Source of the DNA: Octopus sinensis
Taxonomy: Eukaryota
NCBI RefSeq assembly: GCF_006345805.1
Contig: NC_043002.1
Coordinates: 49,600,001 to 49,664,000 of the forward strand
Direction: 5' to 3'
Length of the DNA stretch: 64,000 bases
Positions 63,630 through 64,000 of the stretch are shown here, in pieces (the stretch's first letter is position 1; each line of letters starts with the position of its first letter). Under the pieces are notes generated by a model. The model worked only from the letters and a program-made list of their open reading frames with translations. It did no database searches and had not been told where the DNA came from. The position numbers and the translations under genes were made by a program.

Positions 63630-63770
63630 AAATGACGTAAATCACGTTTTTTTTTTCCCAAATAACAAGTTCATTTGCTAAAACTCCAAAAACATTCTCA
63701 CCATAGTCGTTAAAGAAACAGAAATTTGAGTGCGGCAAAACCAAAAATCAATATGCCACGCCCTCCAATT
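63630..63770 (-). promoter_or_regulatory. Possible promoter and first exon ending in ATG
   Basis: Sp/KLF motif gccacgccc (63755-63763), CCAAT (63765-63769), E2F-like TTTGCCGC on minus (63732-63739), pyrimidine-rich leader, then ATG|gtgaga at 63704-63702. Confidence 0.2.
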
Positions 63771-64000
63771 AAATCAACACTAACTTAAAACTGTGATGGC
63801 AGTCACGGAAGGAGTAGGGTGTTAGAGACCCCTAAAGGCAGGATTCATAAATAATGATTTTAGAGCTCAAACGATTAATCAAGGGTCGATTCGGCAATAC
63901 GACCCGTAAACAAACGGATCGTTAACGGGCCGCTCAGAAATCGGAATAACACAAAGCAGAAAAAGATAAGCGCTTAACTGTTGTTGATGTTGTTGTTGCT

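Noticed and set aside
28-63661. Most ORFs in the supplied track ([16 protein letters not shown] types)
   Set aside because: They are translations of (CA)n, (TA)n, (TACA)n and (GA)n microsatellites or SINE bodies, with no domain content.

Overview
AT-rich, microsatellite-saturated animal genomic DNA. The repeat families (tRNA-derived SINEs with Deu/Nin-like and CORE-like cores, RTE-type tails, Penelope-like termini) point to an octopod cephalopod, most likely Octopus; this is recognition from memory, not a database result. No complete protein-coding gene is supported, and almost all listed ORFs are translations of simple repeats. Main contents: (i) dozens of SINE copies from at least four families; (ii) LINE remnants (R4/Dong endonuclease tail, CR1/L2-type RT tail, RTE 5' and 3' parts); (iii) DNA-transposon debris (Tc1 transposase N-terminus, piggyBac-, hAT- and pogo-type MITEs, a non-autonomous Helitron); (iv) a tRNA-Arg(TCT)-like gene; (v) a 100-N gap flanked by a ~2.1 kb near-identical duplication that is probably an assembly artefact. 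Two higher-order patterns stand out. First, repeats in ~1-14 kb show systematic CpG decay while the same families are CpG-intact from ~14.9 kb onward, suggesting a methylated gene body that may contain a chain of minus-strand micro-exons. Second, about ten hammerhead-ribozyme-like motifs lie in Penelope-like elements; several sit in fold-back (palindromic) arrangements and two carry a ~110-120 nt insertion in stem II. Repeat boundaries are approximate, read by eye.
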